Shown here: in pieces, positions 31,292 through 41,565 of the stretch
Numbering within the stretch: position 1 is the first letter of the stretch
Layout: each line of letters opens with the position of its first letter
Assembly: GCA_963828255.1 (NCBI GenBank)
Contig: CAWHDZ010000008.1
Location: 1-64,000, forward strand
From: an uncultured delta proteobacterium
GTDB lineage: Bacteria > Myxococcota > Myxococcia > Myxococcales > Anaeromyxobacteraceae
Reading direction: 5' to 3'
DNA: 64,000 nt
Notes under the pieces: model-generated
What the model saw: only the letters and a program-made list of their open reading frames with translations
Told to the model about the DNA's origin: nothing
Database searches by the model: none
Program-made: the position numbers and the translations under genes

Positions 31292-33151
31292 CTACCGCAG
31301 GGTCCAGCGCCGCCGCCCCGTGGCCGGCCGCATCCCGGCGTCGAGCCGCTGCCCGGGCTTCAACCTCCCGGTCCGGCGCAGGGCCTCCTCGATGAGCGGC
31401 CGGTTCCTTGGATCACCCCAGCGGATGAGCGCCTTCTGGGTGCGCTTCTCCCGCATGTCGCGCACCACGTGGACCGGCTTGCCGCTCATGGGGTGGTAGC
31501 CCGACCACTGGATGTCGGAGGCCAGCGTCATGGGGGTGGGCATGAAGTCCTGCACCTGCTGCGGCTTCCAGCGGTTCTTCTGGAGGTACTCCATGAGCTG
31601 GACGGCGTGCTCGGTGGTGGCCCCGGGGTGGGAGGAGATGAAGTACGGCACCAGGTACTGCTCCTTGCCGGCCTTCCTCGAGTAGCGCTCGAACTCGCCG
31701 CGGAACTGCTCGAACTCGGCCGGGCCGGGCTTCTTCATGACCTTGAGGACGTCGTCGCAGACGTGCTCGGGCGCGACCTTGAGCTGCCCGGAGACGTGGT
31801 GGCCGATGAGCTCCTCGAGGTAGGCCTGCCCGTTCTTCCTGTCGTGGTGGGCCAGGTCGTAGCGCAGCCCCGAGCCCACGAAGGCGTGCTTCACGCCTTT
31901 CACTTTCCGTGCATCCCGGTACAGATCCACGAGCGGCCCGTGGTCCACCGCGAAGAACTGGCAGACGGTGGGGTAGACGCAGGAGGCCCGCCGGCAGGCG
32001 GCGTGGGCCTCGGCGCTGGTGCAGCCCATCTGCCACATGTTGGCGGTGGCCCCGCCCAGGTCGGTGATGGTGCCGCGGAACTTCGGGTCCTTCGTGATGG
32101 TCTCGATCTCCCGGATCACGCTCCCGTGGCTGCGCGAGGAGACGTCGCGCCCCTGGTGCTCGGTGATGCAGCAGAAGGCGCACCCGGCGGCGCAGCCGCG
32201 AAGGATGGCCACGCTCCAGCGGATCTGCTCCAGCGCCGGGATGTGGGCTCCGCCGTAGGAGGGGTGGGCGTCGCGGGCGAAAGGGAGCTCGTGGACCGCG
32301 TCGAGCTCCTCCGTGGAGGGAGGCGGCATGGGCTCGTTCACCACCACGTGCCGCTCGGCCCTGCCGCGGCCATGTCGCTGCACCATCACCCGCGCGTTCT
32401 CGTGGTTGTGCTCGAGGTGGTAGAGCTTCGAGAAGAACGCGAAGGTGCGCTTGTCCCGGGCCACCTCCTCGAAGGCGGGGAGCACGAGCGTCTTCCGGGC
32501 CCGATCCTCGAGACCGGCGATGGCCAGGTCGGCCACCGCCACCGCGGTGCCCGGCACGTCCACGAGCCCGCAGACGTCCTCCCCCGAGGCCAGCCGCCGG
32601 GCGATCTCGACGATGGGCTTCTCCCCCTGCCCGTAGACGAGCAGGTCGGCGCCGCTGTCCACCAGGACGGATGGCCGCACCCGGTCGTCCCAGTAGTCGT
32701 AGTGGGCGATGCGCCGCAGCGAGGCCTCGACCCCGCCGATCACGATGGGCGTGGTCGGCCCGAAGGCCTGGCGCGCCAGCCGGGCGTACACCGTCACCGC
32801 CCGGTCGGGACGCCGTCCCGCCTCACCGCCGGGCGTGTAGGCGTCGTCGGAGCGGGGACGCTTGTGGGCCGTGTAGTGGTTGACGAGGGAATCCATCGCT
32901 CCGGCGGTGATGCCCACGAAGAGGCGGGGGCGCCCCAGGCGCAGGATGTCCTCCGGCGAGTCCCAGCGTGGCTGGGCGACGATCCCCACCCGGAAGCCCC
33001 GCGCCTCGAGCACCCGGCCGACGACGGATGCGCCGAAGGCAGGGTGGTCCACGTAGGCGTCGCCCGTCACCAGCAGCACGTCGATCGCGTCCCAGCCGCG
33101 GGCGGCGACCTCGTCGGGGAACATGGGGAGGAACCTGGGGGGCGTGTCCAC
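31292..33151 (-). CDS. YgiQ family (UPF0313) radical SAM protein
   Basis: [42 protein letters not shown]. Confidence 0.92.
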   Translation of the reverse strand: MDTPPRFLPMFPDEVAARGWDAIDVLLVTGDAYVDHPAFGASVVGRVLEARGFRVGIVAQPRWDSPEDILRLGRPRLFVGITAGAMDSLVNHYTAHKRPRSDDAYTPGGEAGRRPDRAVTVYARLARQAFGPTTPIVIGGVEASLRRIAHYDYWDDRVRPSVLVDSGADLLVYGQGEKPIVEIARRLASGEDVCGLVDVPGTAVAVADLAIAGLEDRARKTLVLPAFEEVARDKRTFAFFSKLYHLEHNHENARVMVQRHGRGRAERHVVVNEPMPPPSTEELDAVHELPFARDAHPSYGGAHIPALEQIRWSVAILRGCAAGCAFCCITEHQGRDVSSRSHGSVIREIETITKDPKFRGTITDLGGATANMWQMGCTSAEAHAACRRASCVYPTVCQFFAVDHGPLVDLYRDARKVKGVKHAFVGSGLRYDLAHHDRKNGQAYLEELIGHHVSGQLKVAPEHVCDDVLKVMKKPGPAEFEQFRGEFERYSRKAGKEQYLVPYFISSHPGATTEHAVQLMEYLQKNRWKPQQVQDFMPTPMTLASDIQWSGYHPMSGKPVHVVRDMREKRTQKALIRWGDPRNRPLIEEALRRTGRLKPGQRLDAGMRPATGRRRWTLR

Positions 33152-33200
33152 GGGACATACATGTGCCCCACGTCGCCCCGCGATCAAGCCTCCACGCTTT

Positions 33201-33228
33201 TTGACCGATTGACGGGCGGCGGTATCAT
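33201..33228 (+). promoter_or_regulatory. Sigma70-type promoter
   Basis: TTGACC-16 bp-TATCAT upstream of the 33255 ORF. Confidence 0.5.
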
Positions 33229-33254
33229 CGAAGTTCGGAGCGGCACCCGCACAC

Positions 33255-34208
33255 ATGATCGACATCCAGGAAGCCAGCCGGGAATTCAGCGAGCTCGACG
33301 AGAGGCTTCGCTCGGGAGGGCTCACGCCGGAGGAGCAGGCGAGGTGGGAGGATCTCCGCGCGGCCACCGCGGCGGATCCCGTCATCGAGGAACCGGCCAG
33401 GGTGCACTGGGACGACGGGCCGGTGGAGGCTCCGGCCGAGCTCTCGACGTGGGACTTCCCGGACGCCGCCGCGCGGGAGCCCGGGTCGCCATCCGTCCCT
33501 CCGCCCGACCCGGCCTACGCGGCGGTCCCCGTGGAGGATGTGGAGGAGGTCATCCCCGAGGTCGCAGCGGAGGACGTGGAGGAGGTCCTGCCCGACACGA
33601 ACGCCCCGGTCGCCCTGGCCGCGGTTTCGTGGATCGACGAGGACGGTCCCTCCGGCGAGGTCGTGTCCCTCGACGCGCTGCTCGCCACGCCGCCGCCGGC
33701 CAGCGCCGAGTCGCTGGCGCCCCCGCTGCCGCCCCCCTTGCCCGCGCCGACGCACGGCGTCGAGGCGCCCCGTGCCCCGGCCTCGCCGCCGCCCTGGTCC
33801 CTCCGGGCGACGACGCCCAATCCGTTCGCCCCCTCTCCGTCGTTCGTCGCCGGCGACCACCGCATCGTGCTCCACACGGTCGAGGGGCAGGTCCTGCGCG
33901 GGTCGCTCGCCAATGCCGACCTCGCCGACCCGGAGCTCCCGCTCATCCAGCCCAGCGGGGCGGTGGCGCGGATCCCGGCCGAGCAGGTGAAGGCCATCTT
34001 CTTCATGCTCCAGGCCGGCGATCGTCCCGCAGCGGCCGCCGGCACGCGGGTGCGGGTCACCTTCGGCGACGGTCGGCAGATCTCCGGCCTCTCCCCCGAC
34101 TACTCGCCCGACTCCCTCGGCTTCTTCGTCCTGCCGCTCGACGGCCGGACCAACACCGCGCGGGTCTGGGTCTACCGGGCCGCCGTCCGGCAGATCACGG
34201 TGGCGTAG
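33255..34208 (+). CDS. Myxobacterial hypothetical protein (DUF6982-like C-terminal domain, Pro/acidic linker)
   Basis: [38 protein letters not shown]. Confidence 0.72.
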   Translation: MIDIQEASREFSELDERLRSGGLTPEEQARWEDLRAATAADPVIEEPARVHWDDGPVEAPAELSTWDFPDAAAREPGSPSVPPPDPAYAAVPVEDVEEVIPEVAAEDVEEVLPDTNAPVALAAVSWIDEDGPSGEVVSLDALLATPPPASAESLAPPLPPPLPAPTHGVEAPRAPASPPPWSLRATTPNPFAPSPSFVAGDHRIVLHTVEGQVLRGSLANADLADPELPLIQPSGAVARIPAEQVKAIFFMLQAGDRPAAAAGTRVRVTFGDGRQISGLSPDYSPDSLGFFVLPLDGRTNTARVWVYRAAVRQITVA

Positions 34209-34225
34209 CAAGGCAGGGCGACGCG

Positions 34226-34795
34226 CTAGTCGACGAGCCCCTGCTCGCGCGCCAGCAGGGTCAGGCGTTCCTTCAGCCGCTCGAACCGCTTCCGGAGCGC
34301 GGCCGGTTCGATCCTCTCGCCGTCCTTCGATACCACCTCGGCGATCTCGTCCCAGGAGAATCCCTGGTCCACGCGGAGCGTCAGGAGTGACTGCTCCTCG
34401 TCGCTCAAGGCCTCCCTCAGCTTGTCGAGCGTCCGCTTCTGACGCTCCACGCGCACCACCGACTTGGTCCGGATGTCCTCGGCCAGCGCCGTGGCCTCCC
34501 CGGTCTCGAAGGGCCGGCCGAGGCGGTTCCAGCCGTCGCGCTTCAGGTTCGTGGCGGCGCGCAAGGCGATGCGGTACAGCCAGGTCTGCAGGGACAATCT
34601 CCACTCGAACTGGGGAAGCCCCTTCCAGACCTGCTCCGCGAAGAGGGAGAACGCATCGGCGGCATGGGCGTCGCTGCGGAGAATGGCCCCCTGGTAGCGG
34701 AGCACCTTCGGTCCGAAGTGGCGCAGCACCGCGGTCGCGGCTTCCCGCGTGTCGCCCGCCGCCAGGAGGTCCCGGACGCGTTCCTCGATGGCCAT
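34226..34795 (-). CDS. ECF RNA polymerase sigma factor
   Basis: Region 2 (VWKGLPQF..SLQTWLYRIA) and region 4 (LSDEEQSLL.LR....SWDEIAEV..LRKRFERLK). Confidence 0.88.
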   Translation of the reverse strand: MAIEERVRDLLAAGDTREAATAVLRHFGPKVLRYQGAILRSDAHAADAFSLFAEQVWKGLPQFEWRLSLQTWLYRIALRAATNLKRDGWNRLGRPFETGEATALAEDIRTKSVVRVERQKRTLDKLREALSDEEQSLLTLRVDQGFSWDEIAEVVSKDGERIEPAALRKRFERLKERLTLLAREQGLVD

Positions 34796-34827
34796 GGCCG
34801 GCATCATATCCCGTCGTGGTTCGATGC

Positions 34828-36192
34828 TCACCGGGCCAGGAGCGCCCATCCGATCACGCACGCGCCGGCTGCGAGGACCGCCAGCAAGGCAAGGCGGTTC
34901 CGACGGGCCGGGACCGGCCCGGGGCGGCCGGCCCCGGTCTCTGCGGGATCCATCGCCGCCTGGACCGCGATCAGCCCCTCGAGCCATGCCGCACCGTCCC
35001 GGGGGCGGGCGTCCGGCCGGGGGTCCAGGGCCGCCGCCAGGAGCGCCTCGAGCCGGGGAGGGAGGCCGGCGCCCTCCACCGCGGGGCAGGCCCCTTCGTC
35101 CAGGACCGAGCTCCACTCCGGGGTCACCACGTAGGGAAGCTTCCCGGTCACCGACTCGAACAGCATGGCCGCCGCACCGAACACGTCCGTCCGGGTGTCC
35201 TGGCTTCCCTCGCGCCACTGCTCCGGTGCCATGTAGGCCGGGGTGCCCAGCGCTCGCGGCTCCCCGTCCCCGAAGACGTGCGCGATCCCGAAGTCGAGCA
35301 CCTTCACCCTGCCCCCCTCGCAGAGGAAGACGTTCGACGGCTTCAGATCCCGGTGGACGACGCCCGCGGCATGGGCGTGCTCGAGCGCCCACGCGACGTC
35401 GATGGCAACGTCAATGGCCAGGCGGAGCGGCAGGGCGCCTTCTCGGAGGCGACCGTGCAGCGTCTGGCCGCGCAGGAGCTCGAGGATGAGGAAGGGACCG
35501 CTCTCGCACCTCCCCACGTCGTAGATCTGGACGATGTTGGGGTGGCTCAGCTGGGCGATCGCCTCGGCCTCCTTCTGCAGCTGCTCCTTCCGGAGGCGGA
35601 CCTGGGAGAAGCGGCCCGGCTTGACCGCCTTGAACGCGACGAGCCGGCCGAGCTCCCGGTCCCTGGCCTCGAAGACGAGGCCGAAACCGCCTCGCCCGAT
35701 CTCCTGAACCAGCTCGAACCGGCCGATGGTCGCGCCCGGGAACAGGACGCGGCGCCACTCGCCGTCGTCCTCCCCGCAGGGCCCCTGTGCGAGGTCGAGC
35801 ATGAGCGCCGTGATTCCGCCGCGCCGAACCGGCGGCTGGCTCGTGTCCGGGGCGTCGGAGCCGGTCTCCGGCGGCGCCTCGGCTCCGGGCGGCGTGCGAA
35901 ATGTCAGGCGGAGCGTCCCGATCCGGATCTCCGAGCCGCTGCCCACCCGGACGGGGACCCGAGGCTCGGCCGGGACACCGTCGATCTCCGAGCCGTTCGT
36001 GGACGCCAGGTCGGTGTAGCGGGCCCCGTCGCCGTCGAAATGGATGACCCCGTGGAACGAGGACACGAACGGCATGGGTACGGCGATGTCGTTTCGCGGG
36101 CTGCGACCCAGGCGCACCGGCGACTGCGCGAAGGCGCACGGCCGCCTGGACTTCTTCTCGGTGTCCTCGATCCAGACGACGAACGGATTCAC
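34828..36192 (-). CDS. FHA-domain Ser/Thr protein kinase with C-terminal TM anchor
   Basis: FHA (LGR..ND...VSSFH..DLASTNG); IGRGGFG, VAFK, HRDLKPSN, DFG, GTPAYMAPE. Confidence 0.9.
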   Translation of the reverse strand: MNPFVVWIEDTEKKSRRPCAFAQSPVRLGRSPRNDIAVPMPFVSSFHGVIHFDGDGARYTDLASTNGSEIDGVPAEPRVPVRVGSGSEIRIGTLRLTFRTPPGAEAPPETGSDAPDTSQPPVRRGGITALMLDLAQGPCGEDDGEWRRVLFPGATIGRFELVQEIGRGGFGLVFEARDRELGRLVAFKAVKPGRFSQVRLRKEQLQKEAEAIAQLSHPNIVQIYDVGRCESGPFLILELLRGQTLHGRLREGALPLRLAIDVAIDVAWALEHAHAAGVVHRDLKPSNVFLCEGGRVKVLDFGIAHVFGDGEPRALGTPAYMAPEQWREGSQDTRTDVFGAAAMLFESVTGKLPYVVTPEWSSVLDEGACPAVEGAGLPPRLEALLAAALDPRPDARPRDGAAWLEGLIAVQAAMDPAETGAGRPGPVPARRNRLALLAVLAAGACVIGWALLAR

Positions 36193-36384
36193 GCGTCCCC
36201 CGGCCCGGTGGGCCGCGCGGAGGGGGCGGGCGCCCCGAACGCGGCGCTGATTTGCGTACCACGCACCGGCGAACGGAGGCAACCGCCCGGCCGCGCCGGG
36301 CCGTGATCCCGGCGGCACGGTTGACTTGGAACCGACGCGCAGGCGAGATTTTCCCCCTCATCCGGTGGTGTGGGGGGGGTCGCG

Positions 36385-37836
36385 ATGTCTGGAACCTGGA
36401 TCATGCGCCTGGCGGTGCTCGCCCTCCTGGGCGCGGCGCCCCTCCGCTCGCCGGCGGCCGGGGGCGAGACCACGGCGGTGCTGGCCGTGTCGGAGCCGCC
36501 CGGACCCTCTCCCGAGCTCATCGAGATCTCGAGGCAGGTGCGCCAGGCGCTGGCCGAACGCAGCCCGGGGGTCCTCGAGGCGCAGCAGGTTCGCGAGCGG
36601 ATGGCCGGGCCCGACGTGCCCGCGCAGCTCGCGGAGCTGGATCGATCATACGACGCGGCGCGAACCGCCTACCAGAACGGCGACTTCGCCACCTCCATCC
36701 GTTCCTTCCGCGCCGTCACCACCTCGCTCGCCAAGCTGCCGCCGGGCGACGACGTCTTCCAGGCGTGGACGCGGGCGATGCTGCGACTCGCCAAGGCCGA
36801 GTCGGACCTCGGTCGCACCGACGAGGCGCGCGCCGTCCTCGACCGGCTGGTCCGCGCCGCCCCGGCCGTCGTCGCCGACCCCGAGCTCTACCCGCCCAAG
36901 TTCGCCCGGCTCGTCGAGGAGGCGAAGGGAAGGCTGGCTGCGCTCCCCACCCGTCGGCTCGCCATCGGCTCGACCCTGCCGGGGACGCGCGCCTACGTGG
37001 ACGGGCGGCCGGTCGGCGAGGCCCCGATCAAGGTCGAGCTCGCGGCTGGCCGGTACCGGGTCTCGGGACGCTCGGGATCGACACGGTCGGTGGTGGTCGA
37101 GGTCGACCTCGGCTCGAGCGACCAGGAACTGCCCCTCGATTTCTCCCCGGCCCAGTCGCTCCGGCCGCTGCTCGGTCCCGGCCTGGCCCTGGCTGAGCCC
37201 GCCTCCACCCGCGGCGCGGTCTCGGCCGGCGCCCTCCTCGGGCTCGACGCGCTGGTCGCGGTGAACCTGGACGGCCCCGCCATCCTCTCCGGCCGGGTGT
37301 TCGACGTCTCGAAGGGGACCCTGACGCGCGAGGGGAAGGTGCGCCTTGTGAACCGTGCGCTCCCCCTCGGCGGCGCCACCGCGCTGGCCGAGTTCCTCGC
37401 CACCGGGAGCACGGCCTCCGGCCTGGTCCTCCTCCCGGGCGACCCGTCCCTGGCCGTGGACCTGTCGACGCCGGCGCTTCCGGCCTCGGCCCTGGACTCC
37501 GCGAGGACGGGCGCCCCTGCCAGCGACTCGAGGGTCCTCGGGTGGACCGCCTTCGGGACCGGCGTCGCGGCCGTCGGCCTGGGCGGTGTCGCCATCTGGC
37601 AACTGCTCTCCTCCAACAGCAGCTACTCCCAGGCCCAGTCGATGCTCGATCCCTCCGGCGCGCTCCCTCCCGGCGCCGACGCGAGCCAGTACCAGGCCCT
37701 CATCGCCAGCGGCGATTCGTCGCGACAGGTGGCCGTCATCACCGGGGTCGGCGCTGGCGTATGCCTGATCGCGACGGGAGTGCTGGGCTACCTCAGCATC
37801 AAGCAGACGGGCGAGCTCGGACCCTTCCGCTTCTAG
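36385..37836 (+). CDS. PEGA-domain secreted/membrane protein
   Basis: Signal peptide, TPR-like helices, PEGA (GTRAYVDGRPVGEAP..LAAGRY), C-terminal Gly-rich hydrophobic hairpin. Confidence 0.78.
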   Translation: MSGTWIMRLAVLALLGAAPLRSPAAGGETTAVLAVSEPPGPSPELIEISRQVRQALAERSPGVLEAQQVRERMAGPDVPAQLAELDRSYDAARTAYQNGDFATSIRSFRAVTTSLAKLPPGDDVFQAWTRAMLRLAKAESDLGRTDEARAVLDRLVRAAPAVVADPELYPPKFARLVEEAKGRLAALPTRRLAIGSTLPGTRAYVDGRPVGEAPIKVELAAGRYRVSGRSGSTRSVVVEVDLGSSDQELPLDFSPAQSLRPLLGPGLALAEPASTRGAVSAGALLGLDALVAVNLDGPAILSGRVFDVSKGTLTREGKVRLVNRALPLGGATALAEFLATGSTASGLVLLPGDPSLAVDLSTPALPASALDSARTGAPASDSRVLGWTAFGTGVAAVGLGGVAIWQLLSSNSSYSQAQSMLDPSGALPPGADASQYQALIASGDSSRQVAVITGVGAGVCLIATGVLGYLSIKQTGELGPFRF

Positions 37837-39542
37837 CGCGCGGAGAAGTTGAACGTCCGCGTGACCCGCTCGCCGGCGCGGACCTCGATCCGTTCCTGGC
37901 GCCGTCCCAGCTGCGGGTGGGTGGCGACCACGAAGACGGTTCCCGACCGGATGCGGAACTCCTTGGGCGCCTCGCCGTACGGCCGGCCGTCGAGGAGAAC
38001 GTCGCCGAAGGGCTCCACCTGCACCGAGAGTACGCCCTGCCCGGTCGAGGCCGCCGGCGTGGCGATCGCGTTCAGGGCGTCCTGGACCTCGACGGGCTCC
38101 CGGTTTCGCGCGGCCTCGCGAGGCCGGGACGCCGGGGTCGCTGGCGCCGCCCGGTCCGGGAGCGCGGAGGCCGGGGAAGGCTGGGGCTCGGCCGCCGGGG
38201 CAGGGCTCGGCGCCGACGCCGTCGGCGGAGCGGCGGGCGGCGCTGCCGGGGCCGTGGAGACCGGCCCTGCGGCGGCGGATGGAGGGGCGGAGGGGCGCAG
38301 GGCGCGAACCCCCAGACCGGCGGCCACGACGGCGAGGATCGCGGCGACGCCCGCCGCGACGGTGCGCGGCCGGAGCCCCCCGGCGTTCCCGCCAGGAGCC
38401 GGTCTGGTGGATTGCGCCTGGCCGGTCCGGGCCGGAGTCCGCCGCACCGGTGGCGGCACCCTGGGCGGCGGCGGCGCCTCGGCGGGGGGGGGGGTCTTCC
38501 CGGGGGGGCGCGGGCCGGGCGTGGTCCGGTCGAGCACCGCGGTCTGGTGCGTGTCGCGAACGTCCCCGTCGTCCGGCCCGGGAAGGAGCTCGCAGGCCAG
38601 CAGCAGTCGGCCCATCTCCTCGGCATCAGCCGGCCGCGCGCTGCGGTCCACCGACAGCGTCCGCATCACCAGCGCCTCGAGCTCCGGCGAGTAGGCGCGA
38701 CCCGGGCACCGCACGCTGGGCGGGAGCGGCTTCTCCACCAGGTGCTTTCGCACCAGGTCGAGCGGCGTCCGCCCCTCCACCGGAAGCTCGCCGGTGAGCA
38801 TCTCGTAGAGGATGACGCCGACGGCGTAGAGATCGCTGCGCGCGTCGAGTTCGGTATCCTCCCACTGCTCCGGGCTCATGTAGCCCGGCGTGCCGCACAC
38901 CAGCCCGTCCTGGGTGAGGGTCCGTTGGCCCTCCCCGGGCTCCAGGATCTTCGCGATGCCGAAGTCGAGCACCTTGACGAGGTCCCGGGCATCGCGCCGG
39001 GACTCCAGCATCACGTTCTCCGGCTTGAGATCGCGGTGCAGGATGCCGTCGGCGTGGGCTTCGGCGAGTGCCGCCAGGATCTGCTGCCCCACCCGGACGA
39101 CCCGCCGCTCGGGCAGGGGCGAGTCGGCGGCGATCACCTCGGCGAGGCTCCTCCCCGCCACGTACTCCATCACCATGAAGAGCGTCCCGTCGGCCGCCTG
39201 GCCGAAGTCGGTGACGTTGATCACGTTGGGGTGGCGAAGCCGGGACGCAGCCCGCGCCTCTCGCTGGAAGCGCTGGACGATGGCCGGATCGGCGAGCAGG
39301 GCCTTCTTCAGGATCTTGATGGCGACGGGCGACTCGAGGGTGACGTGCTGCCCCTTGTAGACCTGCCCCATGCCTCCTCCGCCGATCCGCTGCTGGACGA
39401 AGTAGACGCCCCGGAAGGTCTGGCCGATGAAGGGATCCCCGGCCTGCCCCTCGATCGGTGAACCGGGAACGGCGTTGCCGCAGAAGGCGCAGAAGAGCGC
39501 CCCGGGCGTCAGTTCACGGTTGCACCGGCTGCAGGAGAGCAT
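37833..39542 (-). CDS. Ser/Thr protein kinase (zinc ribbon, TM, C-terminal PEGA-like domain)
   Basis: CSRC/CAFC, IGGGGMG, VAIK, HRDLKPEN, DFG, GTPGYMSPE. Confidence 0.93.
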   Translation of the reverse strand: MLSCSRCNRELTPGALFCAFCGNAVPGSPIEGQAGDPFIGQTFRGVYFVQQRIGGGGMGQVYKGQHVTLESPVAIKILKKALLADPAIVQRFQREARAASRLRHPNVINVTDFGQAADGTLFMVMEYVAGRSLAEVIAADSPLPERRVVRVGQQILAALAEAHADGILHRDLKPENVMLESRRDARDLVKVLDFGIAKILEPGEGQRTLTQDGLVCGTPGYMSPEQWEDTELDARSDLYAVGVILYEMLTGELPVEGRTPLDLVRKHLVEKPLPPSVRCPGRAYSPELEALVMRTLSVDRSARPADAEEMGRLLLACELLPGPDDGDVRDTHQTAVLDRTTPGPRPPGKTPPPAEAPPPPRVPPPVRRTPARTGQAQSTRPAPGGNAGGLRPRTVAAGVAAILAVVAAGLGVRALRPSAPPSAAAGPVSTAPAAPPAAPPTASAPSPAPAAEPQPSPASALPDRAAPATPASRPREAARNREPVEVQDALNAIATPAASTGQGVLSVQVEPFGDVLLDGRPYGEAPKEFRIRSGTVFVVATHPQLGRRQERIEVRAGERVTRTFNFSAR

Positions 39543-39572
39543 CGCAGCCGGACATGTTAGCAGGGCTCCGCG

Positions 39573-39776
39573 CTAACGCGTGCCGCTCCCCCGGAACCCG
39601 GGGTCGCGCGCCGCCATCCCCGCGATGACGGCCTCCACCACGTCGTTCGCCACCGGAACCGGAGGCGTGGGGATGCCCGGCCGCACCGCATCGCGCGGGG
39701 AGGGCCCCGCGCCGACGTCGTCTCCTGCAGGTGCCGCGAGCGCCGCGAGCCATCCCGGAACCATCTCTCGAGCCAT
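39573..39776 (-). CDS. Possible 67-aa hypothetical protein
   Basis: GGGAGG SD upstream of the ATG; no recognisable motif. Confidence 0.3.
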   Translation of the reverse strand: MAREMVPGWLAALAAPAGDDVGAGPSPRDAVRPGIPTPPVPVANDVVEAVIAGMAARDPGFRGSGTR

Positions 39777-39916
39777 GTCCAGCCTCCCGGAATGACGGTA
39801 GCAGCCCAGGTCCTGTGCGCCGCAAGGGACCGGTGTGGGCGGACCTGGCTCCCGTGACTACTGCTCGACTCGTCTGTTATCCTCCCCGACCGTTCGATGC
39901 CCGAAGCGGAACGCGC

Positions 39917-41425
39917 ATGAAACGACACGCCCTGGCAGGTCTCCTCGTCGTCCTCTGGGCGTGCACCCCGCGTCCGGACCCCGACGCGCTCGTGACCCGA
40001 ATGGTCACCGGGGACTTCACAATCCGCCACTGGCAGGACGACGGGACGATCACGGAGGTCGTGGACGACAGCGTGGCGGGGAGCACCGTCTCTGCCTTCT
40101 CCTGGGAGCCCACCGGGGGACGCTTGGCCTCGGCGCAGGTCAGCACGGCCGGCACCTTCACCATTCCCTCGGCGCCCGCCGACCCGTTCTACCTCGTGCT
40201 CGACACCCGTGCGCGGGGCTTCAACGTGGTCGTGTGGGAAGCGGACGCGGGGCAGCTCTCCGTCGACCGGACCTACGCGGGACGGTCCGACACGGCGACG
40301 GCGCGGACGAGCACTCCGGTCACGGTGAGCGTCTCGAACCTCGAGCCCTGGGCCTCGGGCGTGCTCGAGGCCACCTCGTCGAACGCGGGCTTCCTGGCCG
40401 TGCTGGCCGGATCGCTCTTCGGGGCACCCGACCTCCCGTCCGGCGCCGTGGACACCTCGGGGCTCCCCGGGCCGGTCGACTGGTACACCCGGCTCCGCGT
40501 TCCCTACCTCCCGGACGCCTCCCGCGGGGACGACGTCTGGGTTCACCAGCTCCAGGGCCAATCGGTCCCGGCCGGCCTGCCCGGAGCCGGTCTCTGGTAC
40601 CTCGCCGCCGCCCGGTACGCGCGCCTCACGGACCTGACGCTCCAGAGCGGTACCCCCGCCTCCCTGACCGCAAGCCTCGTCGATGCCACCCCTCACGCCC
40701 TTCCGCTGACGCTGCCGGTCTCGCAGTGGGAGGCGCTGAAGCCGGGCATGGGGGTCGGTCCCACGGCGATCGGGATCGTGGTGAGCGTGGCCGCGACGCC
40801 TTTCTCGACCGGGCTCCCCTCGCCCTGGATCGAGGGGGGAATCCCCGATCTCCTGTACACCTTCGTCCCGGCGGGGTCGGGGAACGTCACGGGCGCCTCG
40901 CTCACCTACGGCCGCTTCCTCGACGCGCGGTGGAACGAGGTGCTGATCACCGAGTTCCGGGCCTCGGTCCAGTACCCGGTGTCCGGCGGGAATCCCGTCA
41001 CCATGTTCAGCAAGATCTACCGCGCCGAGGCGCTCACCGGGGATCCGGGCACGATCTCCCCGGTGGTCGGACCTCCCTCGGATCCGCTGATCAACGGGAA
41101 GAATCTCTTCGGCCAGGAGTCGGGCGTGTCGACCACCCCGCTCCTGTCCTGGTCTCCGCCTCACCTCGGGACGGCGACGAGCTACGAGCTGGAGCTCTAC
41201 CGCCTGAACGGCAACTCCACCGCGACGCTCGTGCTCCACGCCTTCCTCCGCTCGGCGTCGTTCCGCGTGCCCGGGGAGATCCTCCTGCCGTCCTCGGCGT
41301 ACTTCGCGCGGATCACGGCCCACTCGGCCCCCTGGGACGTCCCGGGCTACCTCGGGACGTACGGATTCGTGCCCGGCTTTCCGTTCGCGTTCGCCTCCTG
41401 CCTCACGAGCACGTTCAGCCCGTGA
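39917..41425 (+). CDS. Myxobacterial beta-rich lipoprotein (C-terminal FN3-like segment)
   Basis: Lipobox LWAC; TTPLLSWSPP..GTATSYELEL motif; paralogous to two modules of the downstream giant protein. Confidence 0.8.
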   Translation: MKRHALAGLLVVLWACTPRPDPDALVTRMVTGDFTIRHWQDDGTITEVVDDSVAGSTVSAFSWEPTGGRLASAQVSTAGTFTIPSAPADPFYLVLDTRARGFNVVVWEADAGQLSVDRTYAGRSDTATARTSTPVTVSVSNLEPWASGVLEATSSNAGFLAVLAGSLFGAPDLPSGAVDTSGLPGPVDWYTRLRVPYLPDASRGDDVWVHQLQGQSVPAGLPGAGLWYLAAARYARLTDLTLQSGTPASLTASLVDATPHALPLTLPVSQWEALKPGMGVGPTAIGIVVSVAATPFSTGLPSPWIEGGIPDLLYTFVPAGSGNVTGASLTYGRFLDARWNEVLITEFRASVQYPVSGGNPVTMFSKIYRAEALTGDPGTISPVVGPPSDPLINGKNLFGQESGVSTTPLLSWSPPHLGTATSYELELYRLNGNSTATLVLHAFLRSASFRVPGEILLPSSAYFARITAHSAPWDVPGYLGTYGFVPGFPFAFASCLTSTFSP

Positions 41426-41471
41426 ACCCCCTCCAAGGCCCCTTCGAGCCCCTTTTTTGGTGAATTCTCGA

Positions 41472-41495
41472 TTCCCTGGGGTTTTCCACAGGGAA
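41472..41495. promoter_or_regulatory. Imperfect palindrome (operator-like) upstream of the giant lipoprotein
   Basis: TTCCCTGGGG-TTTT-CCACAGGGAA, 9/10 arm match. Confidence 0.35.
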
Positions 41496-41565
41496 ACGCG
41501 GTGGGGCGTCCTGGCAGGATCCCCCGTCTGGTAGCGCCAATCTCCGGGCGCTGGTGGGGGGCCAC

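Noticed and set aside
41482..41490. TTTTCCACA as a functional DnaA box
   Set aside because: A single isolated match inside a larger palindrome; insufficient support
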